This document shows positions 1-9,492 of a stretch of 64,000 nucleotides of DNA, in pieces. Source of the DNA: Pseudomonadota bacterium (lineage in GTDB: Bacteria > Bdellovibrionota_B > Oligoflexia > Oligoflexales > CAIMVM01); contig JBAXBA010000003.1 in the NCBI GenBank assembly GCA_037142195.1, forward strand, positions 24,104 to 88,103, given 5' to 3'. The notes beneath the pieces are model-generated. The model did no database searches. It saw only the letters and a program-made list of their open reading frames with translations, and was not told the origin of the DNA. A program made the position numbers and the translations under genes. Each line of letters opens with the position of its first letter. Position 1 is the first letter of the stretch.

Positions 1-1233
1 GGAGGTGGACTGCCCTATGAACCAGGCATGATGTGGTACCCTACGAATACACGTCTCCCAGGTGGCAGAATACTCACCAATGGCGGCCTTGCCCGCTGGA
101 CGGGAGTTTTAGATCCTAAAAAATGGAGTTACCTTAATAAAAGTGTCACTATTTTCGATCGGCGCGCCTTTGACAGGGGCGAGAATCCATGGAGCCTATG
201 GGTTTCCCACGTCAATGCTCCAAGAGAAGTCGGCATTGACCTCTTTGATTACCCCCGTGTGTTTTTGCTTCCTAAACCCGTAATGGTTGCTGGAATTAAG
301 CGGGAAGTTGCCATATATGGCGGGCTGGGATGGGACCCCCAGGATCCCAACTACATGCCAAGCATCACTTTTTTAAGCTTAGATCCCAGCGTTCCTGAAG
401 AAAAGAGATTTGCTACGCCGCCCCACTCCCAAAGACCTTTGGCTGGTATGCTTCACGAAACCACGTCAGCACTTTTGCCATCCGGAGAAATCCTGATCAT
501 GGGAGGAGGAAAAGACGCAGATCAAGATGGTCAGCGCATCGACATCTACAACCCAGAAAATGATTCCTGGCGAACTTCTCTTAACACAGGCATTACCCGA
601 CAAAAAGGCTCATCAACCCTTCTCCCCGACGGCACCGTACTCATACTGGGAGGAGAAGATTCCTACCAAGCCGATAAGAATTTAGGGGATCGCAGACAGC
701 CTACACTATTTGACTCCTATTCGGGAAAGTCTTGGAATCTCGCCCCCTGGACTGGCGACTCCAACATGCGCGGCTACCACAATGTATCTCTACTTCTTAA
801 AGATGGACGAGTTCTCGTTGGGGGCGGGCGAATTTACACCCAAAATGCGGAAGGAAAGTACCGCATCGGATGTGAGCGACCTGAACTGAGAATCTTCAGC
901 CCTCCTTATTTGTTTAAAGGACCGCGACCGACATTTACAGATTTTAAAGAACAAACCACAATTTCCTTAAACAGTCCCAAGCTGCGCATTCGGTTTTCTA
1001 GGGCAAACCTTCGAGAGAAGAATGGAGTTGTGCTCATGGCCTTAGGTGCTTTTACACACAGTTTCGATCAGAATCAAAGACAAGTCCCCTTAGCTTACAA
1101 AATAATCTCGGACCATGAAGTTGAAGTTACCCCTCCCCTCAATAGTCAGGTAGCCCCCGAAGGTGAATACAACCTCTTTTTAGTCAGCGACAAAGGAGTA
1201 CCTTCTTTAGGTAAAGGAGTCCTGGTCAAATGA
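1..1233 (+). CDS. Galactose/glyoxal oxidase-like copper radical oxidase (AA5-like, Kelch propeller plus C-terminal DUF1929-type domain), 5' truncated by the window edge
   Basis: The frame is open from base 1. Motifs WYPT (cross-link Tyr), RGYHN (Tyr/His Cu ligands) and FTHS (His ligand), Kelch-like LLPSGEILIMGG, LLPDGTVLILGG and LLKDGRVLVGGG repeats, and the FSPPYLF...PRP linker. Confidence 0.85.
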   Translation, partial: GGGLPYEPGMMWYPTNTRLPGGRILTNGGLARWTGVLDPKKWSYLNKSVTIFDRRAFDRGENPWSLWVSHVNAPREVGIDLFDYPRVFLLPKPVMVAGIKREVAIYGGLGWDPQDPNYMPSITFLSLDPSVPEEKRFATPPHSQRPLAGMLHETTSALLPSGEILIMGGGKDADQDGQRIDIYNPENDSWRTSLNTGITRQKGSSTLLPDGTVLILGGEDSYQADKNLGDRRQPTLFDSYSGKSWNLAPWTGDSNMRGYHNVSLLLKDGRVLVGGGRIYTQNAEGKYRIGCERPELRIFSPPYLFKGPRPTFTDFKEQTTISLNSPKLRIRFSRANLREKNGVVLMALGAFTHSFDQNQRQVPLAYKIISDHEVEVTPPLNSQVAPEGEYNLFLVSDKGVPSLGKGVLVK

Positions 1234-1544
1234 AAAGAAGTCTACTAAGAATCTGCATCGCCCTATTCCTTATACTTTCTATAGATAGCTATGCCTCAAC
1301 CCAAGCCCCAGTCGTACACTCAACAAAAATATTCCTAAAAGGCATGGTCTGTTCTTTTTGCGCCCAAGGACTAATCAAAGCCTTTAAAGGCGCTGAGGGG
1401 GTTGCCTCCGTTCAAGCTTCACTGGATGATGGTTCGATAACTTTGCAATTTTTAGACGGCAGAACGCTTTCAGATGAAAGCATTTCTAAAATCGCCAAAG
1501 ATAGCGGATTTGATGTGAAAAAAATCGAACCGCTACCCAATTAA
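1230..1544 (+). CDS. Exported heavy-metal-associated (HMA) domain protein, putative copper chaperone
   Basis: N-terminal signal peptide, GMVCSFC metal-binding motif, and an ATGA overlap with the upstream oxidase. Confidence 0.85.
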   Translation: MKRSLLRICIALFLILSIDSYASTQAPVVHSTKIFLKGMVCSFCAQGLIKAFKGAEGVASVQASLDDGSITLQFLDGRTLSDESISKIAKDSGFDVKKIEPLPN

Positions 1545-1579
1545 CTGCTATCCCATTGACTGTTATCCCATTGACTGCT
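1544..1579. repeat. 15-bp tandem repeat, ~2.4 copies (actgctatcccattg)
   Basis: Reads actgctatcccattg / actgttatcccattg / actgct, between convergent genes. Confidence 0.75.
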
Positions 1580-1610
1580 TACAAGCCAACTGCCATGGAA
1601 TTAACATCCA

Positions 1611-2285
1611 TCAAACTTCCGTTGCCCAGTTGAATTGAAAACTTCCTCTAAGGCTTACACCCGTTTCCCATAACATGTTTTGAAAAAAGAAACGAAGCAT
1701 GGGAGTGACTTCACTATGACTTTGCCACTTGTCGTAATCCGCCTGAATGAGAACCCAGGTATGCAGTCCGCCCACGGCTGCAGAATAAGGGGCAAAACCT
1801 AGCCTTGCTCGAGAGTATGCATAAAGGCGCTCATCTTTGGCGCGGGTAACTTCATAGCGAAGGGCACTATAAAAAGTTCTCGTTTCGGTATCGACATCTA
1901 AAGCCAAGATACCAGCTGGAACAGTTTGAGGTTTCGAATTTGAAGAGGTGATTCTGCCTCCCCCTGCCGTTAGGTAAACATTAGTCTGTTGGCGGTCCTC
2001 ATTTTCCCTTAGAACGAGATAGGAAACCACGGGAGCAAAAAAACTATCTTGCCCCTCATCCTTCTTAAATGCGCTGAAATGAAAACCTAACGACCATTCT
2101 CGCCCTATCGTGTAGGCACCCATCAACTGGTTTTGATGAATTCTGTTCTCATTCATTAGAGACCAACCACCCAGAAAGGCGATAGGACGTGCTTGAGCTC
2201 GCGCGCAAATGCAAGTTGCAAAAAGAAAAAGTCTCAAGAACCAAAGCGTAGGCAAACAGGAAGGAAATTTTGAATAAGGCAACAT
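1611..2285 (-). CDS. Conserved hypothetical exported protein, probable outer-membrane beta-barrel
   Basis: A signal-like segment ending AQA is followed by RPIAFLGG and alternating beta-strand patterns. The ORF track starts at 2357, but the ATG at 2285 or a later start is more plausible. Confidence 0.6.
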   Translation of the reverse strand: MLPYSKFPSCLPTLWFLRLFLFATCICARAQARPIAFLGGWSLMNENRIHQNQLMGAYTIGREWSLGFHFSAFKKDEGQDSFFAPVVSYLVLRENEDRQQTNVYLTAGGGRITSSNSKPQTVPAGILALDVDTETRTFYSALRYEVTRAKDERLYAYSRARLGFAPYSAAVGGLHTWVLIQADYDKWQSHSEVTPMLRFFFQNMLWETGVSLRGSFQFNWATEV

Positions 2286-2561
2286 GAAGTCCAATCCTAT
2301 TAAAGACTCTATTCTTCCAGCAAATATCACGTTAGCAAAAAAGAGTATAGGGACCAATTCAAATCGTCAAAACAGAATCGGAAAGTCGGCAATCTTGAAT
2401 GTTTTGGGCTAGGACTGTTCCTTGAGTGCCAACGGCGCCTTGTTTACTTGCAAATTTAAGACTCGCTGTAAATCTAAAACCTATCTCGATCTAACGGATT
2501 TAAACCGCAATGTGTAGTCCCCTCATACTGGCGCAACTATCAAGAACTTGGTTCGCACCCA

Positions 2562-3419
2562 CTATTTTAAGGGCGCGCCTGCAGGATCTTTTTCGGCGGC
2601 CAACAGGAGCTTAGGAATCGCTGCTACCATATCGGCCAACTGAGAAGAGTCCCCTGATGCCACAACTTTTTTATCCGGTCCCACCAAGACATAGTGAGGA
2701 ATGGCGGGCACCCAGTATTCCACACGTAACTTAGTCTCCTCCGTAAGATAGACCGGATACTGAATTTTTTGATCTGCTACAAATCCACGAACATCGCTTA
2801 TCTCCTCACTCGTCAGAGCACGCACTTCAAAGCCCTTGGCACCATATTTTGCAGTGAGCTCTTTAAGAACCGCTATAGAGGCTCGGCACCCTGGGCACCA
2901 TGTGGCCCAAAAAGTAATTAGAGTTACAGGCTTTAAGTCTGAACTTAGCTCCACGGTTGCTCCGTCAGCGAGGCGCATCACATCCTGTGCAGGCAGAATC
3001 TTGCCCGGCAATTCCGTGTGCATCATTTCTTCATATTCCTGGCGAGAGCCCAGCATGGAGCGGACAGAAAATTCCTTACCCTCACGACGCAACACGAGAC
3101 TTAACTCTGTGCGAGGCAAGTGATGATTGACTTCTGCGGTCATTTGGCTTGCAGAATGCATCAATTTGCCCTCGATACTGACCACCTGATCGCCTTCTTG
3201 GATATCTGCGCGCGAAGCGGGCATTCCTGGAACCACAGCCTTAATAAATATTGCGTTATCTGCTTCCTTTAAAGCCACACCCAACATTCCTTGCTGTTCA
3301 GGGGAACTCGCATTCTGGGACTTCTTTTCCGCCGGTAAGCTTGCCGGGCGAATCCAGCAAATGAGCCCTGCAACGACAAAAAAAGCGCCACCTAGGATAA
3401 TCCACACGCGATTTTTCAT
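2562..3419 (-). CDS. Membrane-anchored PDZ domain plus TlpA-like thioredoxin
   Basis: N-terminal TM segment, PDZ motif (GMLGV...VVPGMPASRADIQEGDQVVSIEG) and FWATWCPGC TlpA motif. Confidence 0.85.
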   Translation of the reverse strand: MKNRVWIILGGAFFVVAGLICWIRPASLPAEKKSQNASSPEQQGMLGVALKEADNAIFIKAVVPGMPASRADIQEGDQVVSIEGKLMHSASQMTAEVNHHLPRTELSLVLRREGKEFSVRSMLGSRQEYEEMMHTELPGKILPAQDVMRLADGATVELSSDLKPVTLITFWATWCPGCRASIAVLKELTAKYGAKGFEVRALTSEEISDVRGFVADQKIQYPVYLTEETKLRVEYWVPAIPHYVLVGPDKKVVASGDSSQLADMVAAIPKLLLAAEKDPAGAPLK

Positions 3420-3485
3420 ACCATTGCCTCTCTTGACCCTACTTTAGAGGGCATTTCGCTTCTTCGTCATTTGGGATTCTATCTA

Positions 3486-3788
3486 CTAGTTCTTGGACTT
3501 CAATTGTACAACGACAAATGGCTTAACAATGACAAAATTAAAGATTTCCTCTTCTGTCAATTCCCAGCTCTTGATCTGATCAGGCAGAGGACGACACAAA
3601 AGGCTTGCGTTAAGCCATTCTTTGACTTTGCTTGATTCGTCATTAGCAATCGCGTGACCCACTTCCATGAGGTCGAGACTGGGCCCTACAATGAGAAGGT
3701 CACCCCTCGCTTGGTGGGGAGCTAAGCTCTTCCAATCAATGGACTGAATTTCGATATTAAATTCCTGCACTCCAGGTCCCATCTTCAA
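3486..3788 (-). CDS. DUF2288-like small conserved protein
   Basis: WKSLAPHQARGDL, LDLMEVGHAIAND...VKEWL and IVKPFVVVQ patterns. Confidence 0.75.
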   Translation of the reverse strand: MKMGPGVQEFNIEIQSIDWKSLAPHQARGDLLIVGPSLDLMEVGHAIANDESSKVKEWLNASLLCRPLPDQIKSWELTEEEIFNFVIVKPFVVVQLKSKN

Positions 3789-3915
3789 AAATAGATCAAA
3801 TAATACCCGAATGCATATGCACTCAGCCTACGGAACTATGATAGAACGATCCCTAATTACCGGCAAAGTATTTTCCTACTGTCTGCAGCCAGAGACACAT
3901 GCTAGCAACAGTAAT

Positions 3916-3942
3916 CTATCGGCATGCACTAAAAAGCTTTTT
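3916..3942 (-). promoter_or_regulatory. Possible sigma28-type promoter for the DUF2288 gene
   Basis: The minus strand reads AAAA-N15-GCCGATAG, a strong -10 with an imperfect -35. Confidence 0.3.
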
Positions 3943-4287
3943 CAAAGCTACAATATTCACCCCCGCCAGAGAAAGTACCTCTAAGTTTAAGCCCATCCAC
4001 TTCACAAGCCGCTGTTTTGACTCACAGGAAACCTTTCCCTACTTCCATTTCTTAATTAAATAAACCCAGACACACCTTTTAATTAGGTCAGCCCAGTAAG
4101 GGCTTTCTGGGTTTGTTTTTTAGACAAAAATTCGAATTTGTTCGCTAAAAATATAGGACAGAAAGTTCTTTACTTAGAATATTTCCCTTAACACTGGATT
4201 TGCGGTTCCATGGACAAGTTCCCATCCACTTAAGAATGGCATAAAATAGATTCATCCGAATCCTTAATCCAGATATAAGGACCAATT

Positions 4288-5154
4288 ATGCCGTCTTTAA
4301 AATCTTTCGCTGCAGCAAGCTTGATATTAGCCTGGTCTTGTAGGCCCGCCACCCCTCCCCTAGACCCTCAGTCTGAAGTAGCTAGTTTACATTCCAAGAC
4401 AGGTCAGATACTTGGTGTGCAAACTAAAAATGGAAGTACAGAGTCCGTATGCATCCATAAGTTTGTGTACCCCAACTATGAAATTTCCACCCCTCAAGGA
4501 AGTGAATGCGGACTCAATCGCAGAATAGCCCCACCTAGTGAAATCGATTATGATACTCACGCCTTCGAGCCCTGGCTCAAAGAGATTGGGCCTCAGTCTA
4601 TGATAAAGCGCAACATGCGCTATGCCACTAACCAGATTTTTCCTAAAAAAATAGATAATGCTGAATTTAAAATTCCATTTCCCCTTTACGGAAAGCCTCG
4701 GTGCTTCCTTCAACCACGGGCCATCGAAGCTCTGAATCAAGCGGCGGCAAATTTAGTAAAACTGGATCCTAGTCTTAGGCTCATGGTCTTCGATTGCTAT
4801 AGGCCTATGTATGTTTCACAAATCATGTGGGACAAAGTAAAGGATCCCATTTGGGTAGGAGCGTCTGGCAAAAGCGGCCATAATATCGGCGGAACAGTAG
4901 ATCTCACACTTGCTACCCTGGTAGACGGCCAACTCAAAGAAATCAATATGGGATCACCGTTTGATCTGTTTGACAAAATAAGTAACTACATTCCTAACAG
5001 TCTCGATACTAATAGCGCCGCATATAGAAACCGCACCTTACTTCGAAAAGTCATGACTGAAAGCGGAATGAATCCCTATGACAGCGAGTGGTGGCACTTC
5101 AGCCTTGACAAAGGAAGACTTGAAAACACAGATTATCTAGATTTACCACTCTAA
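4288..5154 (+). CDS. D-alanyl-D-alanine dipeptidase (VanX/DdpX, peptidase M15D) lipoprotein
   Basis: Lipobox LAWSC, plus FDCYRP, SGHNIGGTVDLTL, MGSPFD and EWWHF motifs. Confidence 0.85.
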   Translation: MPSLKSFAAASLILAWSCRPATPPLDPQSEVASLHSKTGQILGVQTKNGSTESVCIHKFVYPNYEISTPQGSECGLNRRIAPPSEIDYDTHAFEPWLKEIGPQSMIKRNMRYATNQIFPKKIDNAEFKIPFPLYGKPRCFLQPRAIEALNQAAANLVKLDPSLRLMVFDCYRPMYVSQIMWDKVKDPIWVGASGKSGHNIGGTVDLTLATLVDGQLKEINMGSPFDLFDKISNYIPNSLDTNSAAYRNRTLLRKVMTESGMNPYDSEWWHFSLDKGRLENTDYLDLPL

Positions 5155-5537
5155 ATTAGCGCCAATCTGCATATTGTCCGCCTTATGGGGATTCTTGATT
5201 AAGATTATTCTTAAGCCAGATCCCGAGTTTTTTAAAATCATTCTTTCAAGTCGACACTTTAGCAATGCAATTTCTACAATTGCTAATCCCCTAAATACCA
5301 GCCGCAGAGCAAGAGCAAACATAAAGAATCCTAGCGCTAGAAAAACTTCTCGAGTTTTCCTTGGGGCCCCAGAAAGGAATTTTTTAGAGGCACAAGAAGC
5401 CAAGAGTATTGTCTTAATTCAACCCCAGAACAGAAAATGAAATGAATATTGACGCACCCTAAATGGAGTGCTATAGGCAGCCAAAGGTATAGGTTTTTGG
5501 TTGAAGTCTATCTAATTTTTTTTGAGGCTCGGAAACT

Positions 5538-6158
5538 ATGAAACATTTTCTTATTGTTCTTTGTTCTTTCATCTCTGGCGCAAGGGCTTTTGCCGCGCAG
5601 GACTTTAAAGCTACTCACTGCGAGATCTTTATTGACAAAGTTGCTGGAAAACAGGAAGGCTATCATGGTGCATTCGGCTCGATTCTCGACACCGAAGTTT
5701 TCCTTAAAATCAACCTTTATAAGACAGGCCCCATTCGCAAGGTCGTGTTCTACTCTAACCGGAAGACCGTGGATAACAGTGGAAATGTTAAGACAGAAAC
5801 CGGGTTTCGGGAGGTCCTATTATCCTCTTATTTTGGGGCGCCTGACTACTTTACAATAAACCTTGGCGACCTTGAAAATCATTGGTGGGATAGATCTGAC
5901 TTAGAGGATCGCGTAGAGCATGAAGGTGCTTTTTACGTAGAACTTCTTGATGGAGTTCGACTTTGGCTAAATCCCGCTGAAAGTTACGGGAGTCACTTTT
6001 TGTTTGATGAAGGCACGAATGCTACATTGTATGCACAAGGCCAGATTTACACCGGGAGCGATGGCTATATTTATGGTGCAGCGAGACTCCATCATTTAGA
6101 AGACGTAAAACAAACTGCTGACTACAATACTTACTGGAATCCATCACACTGCCGCTAA
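5538..6158 (+). CDS. Hypothetical secreted protein
   Basis: 206-aa ORF with a Sec signal ending AFA and a gagg RBS. Confidence 0.7.
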   Translation: MKHFLIVLCSFISGARAFAAQDFKATHCEIFIDKVAGKQEGYHGAFGSILDTEVFLKINLYKTGPIRKVVFYSNRKTVDNSGNVKTETGFREVLLSSYFGAPDYFTINLGDLENHWWDRSDLEDRVEHEGAFYVELLDGVRLWLNPAESYGSHFLFDEGTNATLYAQGQIYTGSDGYIYGAARLHHLEDVKQTADYNTYWNPSHCR

Positions 6159-6788
6159 AATATATACGCCTTTTATGAAGACTGCGTTTAAGTACAAACT
6201 ACCGCTAAGCCCTCATATCAGGACCAAGAATTAAACATCTTTTGTCGGCAAAGACCAATCATCTATAACGTAGTTTCTATCCCACAAAGAGACTAAGAAA
6301 CCATGAAAATCTCTTTTGGCTGATCGGGAAATTTTAAACGCAAAATATTAGTAGCTGAAGCAGAGATTTCACACGGGAAATCTCTGCTTATTTAGTTCCA
6401 TGATTTTATTTTTGCATTTCGTATTTAGATTTCAAAGCATTCCGTTAAATATTGAGTCTGCCCAACTTAGAATTTTTTGGTCTTTTAGATTTTCAAACCT
6501 ACCCCTCAGGCCCAATTGGTCTTATTTTGCGCTGCCACAAAGCCCATATCTCAAAAAGTCCCTTTCCTCAAAAATGGCTCTTACTCACTTTCTACTCTAG
6601 TCCATTTCATTTTGGGTATGAAAACTGAGTTCCTCTAACGATGCATTTCCTTGCTCGACTAGAGCTCTTTTTAAGTTACCCTTTCCTTTGTGCGACATGG
6701 AAAACTTCCACACTTGGGAGTCTTTCAAATCGCGACCACAAGGATTCCTTTAATAGCTATAAGTTTTCTCAATTACTTCTTCACAGGC

Positions 6789-7886
6789 TTAAAACACAAA
6801 TTGGAGGCCTGGAAGCCAATAGGCCATTTTTGATGGAGAACCTATTTTTTCAAAATGGTAATTCTGAGCAAAAGCAATGACGTCCCACCAAGTATGAATA
6901 AAAATAGACTCTTTCAAGCTGTAGTTATTTTGGATGCTCACCCACCCCAAATAATAGCCCAGAACCAGCTGAGTAATGGGAACATCTACAGTACCTCGGT
7001 GCGCGAGGGCAAAGCCAACCGATGAAATCACGTTGCCAAGCACCGGGTTTGAGGTTTCATATTGAACCGTGGGGAGTAGCCAACCTCTAAAAATCATTTC
7101 TTCGTAGGTTCCTGCATTGTAGGAAAAAGCGGCGCCAAAAGCAAGGTCATCGCCGCCAAGCTTTACGGGCCTAAATCCTTCTGCTTCGGCCTCTTCTCTC
7201 GAAGTGGTTCGGATTTGAGCTACCGTCATCGCAGCAATCACGCTGAGGGGAATCCATGTTGTAGGCCTCTGAAAGTAGGTGAGATCGAAAGGTGCAGCAA
7301 AAAGATCACCCAGCTGCTCTTCGGGGCCAAGAAAATAGAAATCATCAGGCCTTGTTCTGACGGCAGAACGAAAGGAGTGATAGAGGGACACGCCCCCAAC
7401 CAGAGACTTCATCTGCGAAAATAGATAGATATTTCTCAGCTGATTGTCATGAGTTGCCAATCCTTCATCTAACTTAAATCTCATTTCCTTAGTCGTATTT
7501 GCATTCACAAAAAGCGACTCAGCATGATTTTGAAGGGCTGCGCTTAAAATATAGGAACCTGAATATAGTGCCGCAGCCTCGTATTGCCCTTCCCACCACT
7601 GATCGAATCCTGGTACAAAGAAACTTACCGCAGGGGACACCCAAAGATTGCGCGGGCGTTGCGGCTCTCTCGGCAGCAAATACCAATCCCTACTGCTATC
7701 ACTTTGTGCAGAAAATCGTTCTTCCATCCGCCTTTCTGTGAGACTTTTCCCTAATGGGTCATTTGTCTCACCTTCACCATAAGGCTCTGCTGGAGGCATT
7801 GCGACCCCACTTGTCGGCCAAATACCTGCCCCAAGGAGCCCTAAAAGCACCATGAATTTTCTGCTGCTTGCGAAGCACCTCAACAT
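6789..7886 (-). CDS. CPBP/Abi (CAAX protease-like) intramembrane glutamic endopeptidase
   Basis: EEMIFRG, FALAH and IFIHTWWD motifs, with an N-terminal signal peptide. Confidence 0.85.
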   Translation of the reverse strand: MLRCFASSRKFMVLLGLLGAGIWPTSGVAMPPAEPYGEGETNDPLGKSLTERRMEERFSAQSDSSRDWYLLPREPQRPRNLWVSPAVSFFVPGFDQWWEGQYEAAALYSGSYILSAALQNHAESLFVNANTTKEMRFKLDEGLATHDNQLRNIYLFSQMKSLVGGVSLYHSFRSAVRTRPDDFYFLGPEEQLGDLFAAPFDLTYFQRPTTWIPLSVIAAMTVAQIRTTSREEAEAEGFRPVKLGGDDLAFGAAFSYNAGTYEEMIFRGWLLPTVQYETSNPVLGNVISSVGFALAHRGTVDVPITQLVLGYYLGWVSIQNNYSLKESIFIHTWWDVIAFAQNYHFEKIGSPSKMAYWLPGLQFVF

Positions 7887-7955
7887 GATTGGTCCCTTTT
7901 AACTTATTTAGTGTCATGCTATCTTAAATGGGAACTGCAAGTCTCAGGAAAATTT

Positions 7956-9221
7956 ATGCTGGATATAAAATTTATTCGTGAACATACCGATCTGGTCCGA
8001 AAAGGGGCCCAAGACAAGCGATTTTCGGTGGACATTGACCTTCTGTTGTCTTTGGACCAAGAATTACGACCGATTAGGGCTCACCAAGAAAAGCTTCAAG
8101 CTGAGCGCAATAGCATTTCCAAGGATATGCCAAGTGCTGAACCTAACACGCGAGATTCCTTGAAACGCCGCGTGGGGGAGATCAAAGTTGAGCTTGAAGA
8201 GCTGACGAAACAGGTAAAGGATAAAGAAGATAAAATACATCAACTTTTACTTCTCGTCCCCCAACCAGCAAGATCAGATGTACCCGTAGGAAAAGATGAT
8301 TCTGAGAATCTAGAGCTGCGCAAAGTGGGAACTCCCCGCCAATTTGATTTTAAGGCTTTGGATCATATTGAGCTCTCTCAAAAACTTAATCTTGTAGACT
8401 TTGAAAGAGGTACAAAGATTGCTGGGGCCAGATCTTATGTGCTGACCGGAGACGGCGCTCTTTTAGAGCAGGCCGTTCTCCGCTACACCTATGATTTTCT
8501 CGTGGCTCGAAATTTCAAGCCCATGTCTGTGCCTGTTTTGGTAACAGAAAAATGCATGGAAGGCACAGGTTATTTCCCATTGGGAAGAGACCAAGCCTAT
8601 CAAGTCGAAAAAGATCAGCTCGCTTTAGTAGGTACCGCAGAAGTCCCTTTGTGCAGCTATTTCTCTGATGAAGTTTTGGACTATAAAAACTTACCCCAAA
8701 GGGTCATGGCTTTATCCGGAGCCTTTCGCCGCGAAGCTGGCTCCTATGGTAAAGACACAAAAGGGCTTTATCGCGTGCATCAGTTTCAAAAAATCGAGCA
8801 AGTGATTATAGCCCCTGCAGATCTTGAACTGGACAATGAACTTCATCGAGAGTTATTGCAAAATGCCGAAGACATTTTAGAAGCCCTAAAACTTCCTTAC
8901 AGAGTCGTCTATGTGTGCACCGGAGATTTAGGACAGGGTCAAGTGAGAAAACATGACATTGAAACCTGGATGCCTGGTCGCAACAATTATGGAGAAACCC
9001 ATAGTTGCTCCAGTTTTTATGACTTCCAAGCACGCCGCTTAAATATTCGCTACAAGGACGCTGAAGGACAAAGGATGGTTGCCTATACACTAAACAACAC
9101 GGCTATAGCTTCCCCACGGATCCTTATCCCTTTGATTGAAAATCACCAAACCAAAGACGGAAAGATTAGAATTCCTAAGGTTCTTCGCCCTTATCTTGGG
9201 GGACGTGAGTATATCGGGTAA
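7956..9221 (+). CDS. serS: Serine--tRNA ligase
   Basis: MLDIKFIR N-terminus, coiled arm, LVGTAEVP, FRREAGSYGKDTKGLYRVHQFQKIE and TLNNTAIA. ATG 7956 is preferred over GTG 7911. Confidence 0.97.
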   Translation: MLDIKFIREHTDLVRKGAQDKRFSVDIDLLLSLDQELRPIRAHQEKLQAERNSISKDMPSAEPNTRDSLKRRVGEIKVELEELTKQVKDKEDKIHQLLLLVPQPARSDVPVGKDDSENLELRKVGTPRQFDFKALDHIELSQKLNLVDFERGTKIAGARSYVLTGDGALLEQAVLRYTYDFLVARNFKPMSVPVLVTEKCMEGTGYFPLGRDQAYQVEKDQLALVGTAEVPLCSYFSDEVLDYKNLPQRVMALSGAFRREAGSYGKDTKGLYRVHQFQKIEQVIIAPADLELDNELHRELLQNAEDILEALKLPYRVVYVCTGDLGQGQVRKHDIETWMPGRNNYGETHSCSSFYDFQARRLNIRYKDAEGQRMVAYTLNNTAIASPRILIPLIENHQTKDGKIRIPKVLRPYLGGREYIG

Positions 9222-9276
9222 CGCTTTCCTGGACTTTTAAAACTTAATCCCAAACTGTTTTTTTAAGACTGATTAG

Positions 9277-9306
9277 GCCCCTGCCACCTATGGCTGGGGC
9301 TTTTTT
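9277..9306 (+). terminator. Intrinsic terminator after serS
   Basis: Hairpin gcccctgcca-ccta-tggctggggc followed by T6. Confidence 0.7.
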
Positions 9307-9365
9307 CCATTTCCTGTTTTTTGAAATCCTTCCCATGCCTCATCTCTTCTAAGAAGCCAAATGCC

Positions 9366-9416
9366 AAAAAAAGGAAAGACCCTTAGTCCCACAAGGGCTA
9401 GGGGGTCTCTTTTTTA
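9366..9416. terminator. Probable bidirectional terminator between serS and the chelatase gene
   Basis: An A-tract, then agacccttagtccc-acaa-gggctagggggtct, then a T-tract. Confidence 0.6.
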
Positions 9417-9492
9417 GGGATGAAATTACTGTAGGCAATGCACCAAATACATAGAACTCTAAAAGGAGCTTTGCCTCTTAATTTCAGGCACC

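Noticed and set aside
4236..4252. Sigma54 promoter upstream of the VanX-like gene (TGGCATAAAATAGATT)
   Set aside because: The -24 element is good but the obligatory -12 GC is absent.
5143..5440. Overlapping 86-aa and 88-aa ORFs
   Set aside because: They have weak starts and no recognisable motifs, and they are mutually antisense, so they are likely spurious.
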